Shown piece by piece: positions 62,545 to 64,000 of a DNA stretch of 64,000 bases (the first letter of the stretch is position 1; each line of letters begins with the position of its first letter). The position numbers were made by a program, and so were the translations under genes. The stretch is from Macrostomum lignano (Eukaryota). The notes beneath the pieces were generated by a model. It was not told the DNA's origin. It searched no databases and was given only the letters and a program-made list of their open reading frames with translations. Location of the stretch: the NCBI GenBank assembly GCA_002269645.1, contig NIVC01002520.1:1-64000 (forward strand), written 5' to 3'.

Positions 62545-63778
62545 TGCTCCAACTGGACACGCCGCTCCCAGCTGAGGAGGACTTCTGCACCAGCCCAGTC
62601 ACCACGGAGGACGTTGTGCTGTTCGCTCGAAAAACAACAGGCGGCAAGGCGCGATCGGCCCCGACGAAGTTCCGGTCGAAGCACTGCAGCTCCGCTGCGT
62701 GGCCTCCCAGGTCACAGGCGTCGTGAACCGCGTGCTCGCCGGCGCCCCTGCGCCCACCGAGTGAACCGTCGCGCACATCGTGCCGATCCGGAAGAAGGCA
62801 GGGACAACGCGGAAAGAAGACCACCGCGAAATCTCACTGATTTCCTGCACCTCGAAGCTCTTTAACCGGCTGCTGCTCGATCGTATGCAGTCGGTGCAGG
62901 ACCCATACCTGCGGTACGAGCAGAACGGATTCCGGCCGCCAAGCTGGAACACAGACAGATCCTCAAACTCCGTCGTGTCATCGAGGAGGCGCACAACTGC
63001 CAGTATACGCTGATCATTGTCTTCGCTGACTTTGCGACGACTTTCGAAAGGCGTTTGACTCTGTGTTGAGAGCCGCGCTTCCCTTCGTCCTCGACCCTAT
63101 CGGGTCCCGCAGCAGCTAATCGACGCTGTCATGTCGCTGTATTGCGATACTCGAGCTGCTATGGTGACGGTGGACCGTCTGTCTGACCTGTTCGACACCT
63201 CATCAGAAGTTCTGCAGGGTGACACGCTGGCGCCGTTCCTCTTTGTGCTGCTGCTGGACTGGGTGCTTAGGACCGCACTCCCCTCGGCTGACGACGGCTT
63301 CCTGCTGCGTCCTGAATGTCCTCCAGTCCGAAGCGCTGCCCGACCGCGACAGGGCTCGGCTGTGGCAGGCGGTGGTCGAAACCGTCCTGCTATACATGTA
63401 CAACGCCGAGACGTGGACGTGGACTATGCTGGAGCGGCAGTTGGACTCGGCGCACTCAGGGCTACTCCGTGTGGCCAGCTTTCGAGCTGACAAGAGCGTC
63501 GGGACCGAGGCCCTGTACGATCGGGCCTAGCTGCAGCGGCCGTCCATCAAACCTGTGTTATGGAGCTACTGCCTCCAACCTGTGTTCAGGACGTTCTGAT
63601 GCTCACCTTGCAGGGCCCGTTCCGGTGGGTGATTCCTATGCGATGCTGAGGCACCCGAGACTACCAACGGGGCGGACTTCGTCCGATCTCAGGCTCTGAC
63701 GCGCCATCTGACGCGCCCTGCTCTCATAGTGACCTTGTATGCGGGGCTGCGTACTTGTTGTTGTTGTTGTTGTTGTTG
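62545..63778 (+). pseudogene. Truncated RTE-like LINE RT fragment with (TTG)n tail
   Basis: GPDEVP, IVPIRKK, HREISLISCTSKLFNR, QNGFRP, KAFDSV, VLQGDTLAPFLF; the YADD region is missing (jumps from DDGFLLR to the thumb); (TTG)n at 63756-63778. Confidence 0.8.
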
Positions 63779-64000
63779 ACATGACCAAATTCAATTAACT
63801 GTACACTGTTCTGGCCGTGTTCCATGTACATGTGAAATTAAATCGCTGGGGCCAGCCAGCCAGGTTTTCACGTCTGCACATGTAAACTGTACATGACGCT
63901 GACAGACAGGCGAATGCATGAACTTAAGCGACAAATATCAACTAGCAGTCGCGTGAACGTCTTCATGCATGTACTGCCTGTACCCCCTACAGCAAATCCG

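Overview
Eukaryotic (invertebrate animal) genomic DNA with spliceosomal GT-AG introns. GC-rich exons, AT-rich introns and the repeat content recall the flatworm Macrostomum, but that is a guess. Host genes: (1) the 3' part of a large CFAP47 gene (+, 1-25591, 17 exons seen), with a 21-bp satellite, an antisense intronless TRPV-like channel gene and an antisense LINE in its introns; (2) a 4-exon secreted, probably GPI-anchored CUB-like/C-type-lectin-like gene (-, 27396-31130); (3) a 3-exon LysM-TLDc (OXR1/NCOA7-family) gene (+, 32465-34432); (4) a PAN/C-type lectin ORF (-, 37308-38069); (5) a 5-exon four-RRM gene (-, 54447-57942). The centrepiece is a 14.9-kb Maverick/Polinton (38144-53041) with 134-bp TIRs and a perfect 6-bp TSD (GACGAT). 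It encodes pPolB, integrase, packaging ATPase, adenain-like protease, minor capsid and a core-like protein, plus a TBP-like and a tandem-PC4 protein. Its major capsid gene is deleted down to a hidden 46-codon C-terminal remnant, and its pPolB gene appears to have a spliceosomal intron filled with a tandem array. CORE-SINEs, MITEs and two back-to-back LINE fragments are also present. Many frameshifts, including those in host genes, are single missing bases in homopolymers, so they may be long-read assembly errors. All protein assignments are by eye from motifs; no database searches were run.
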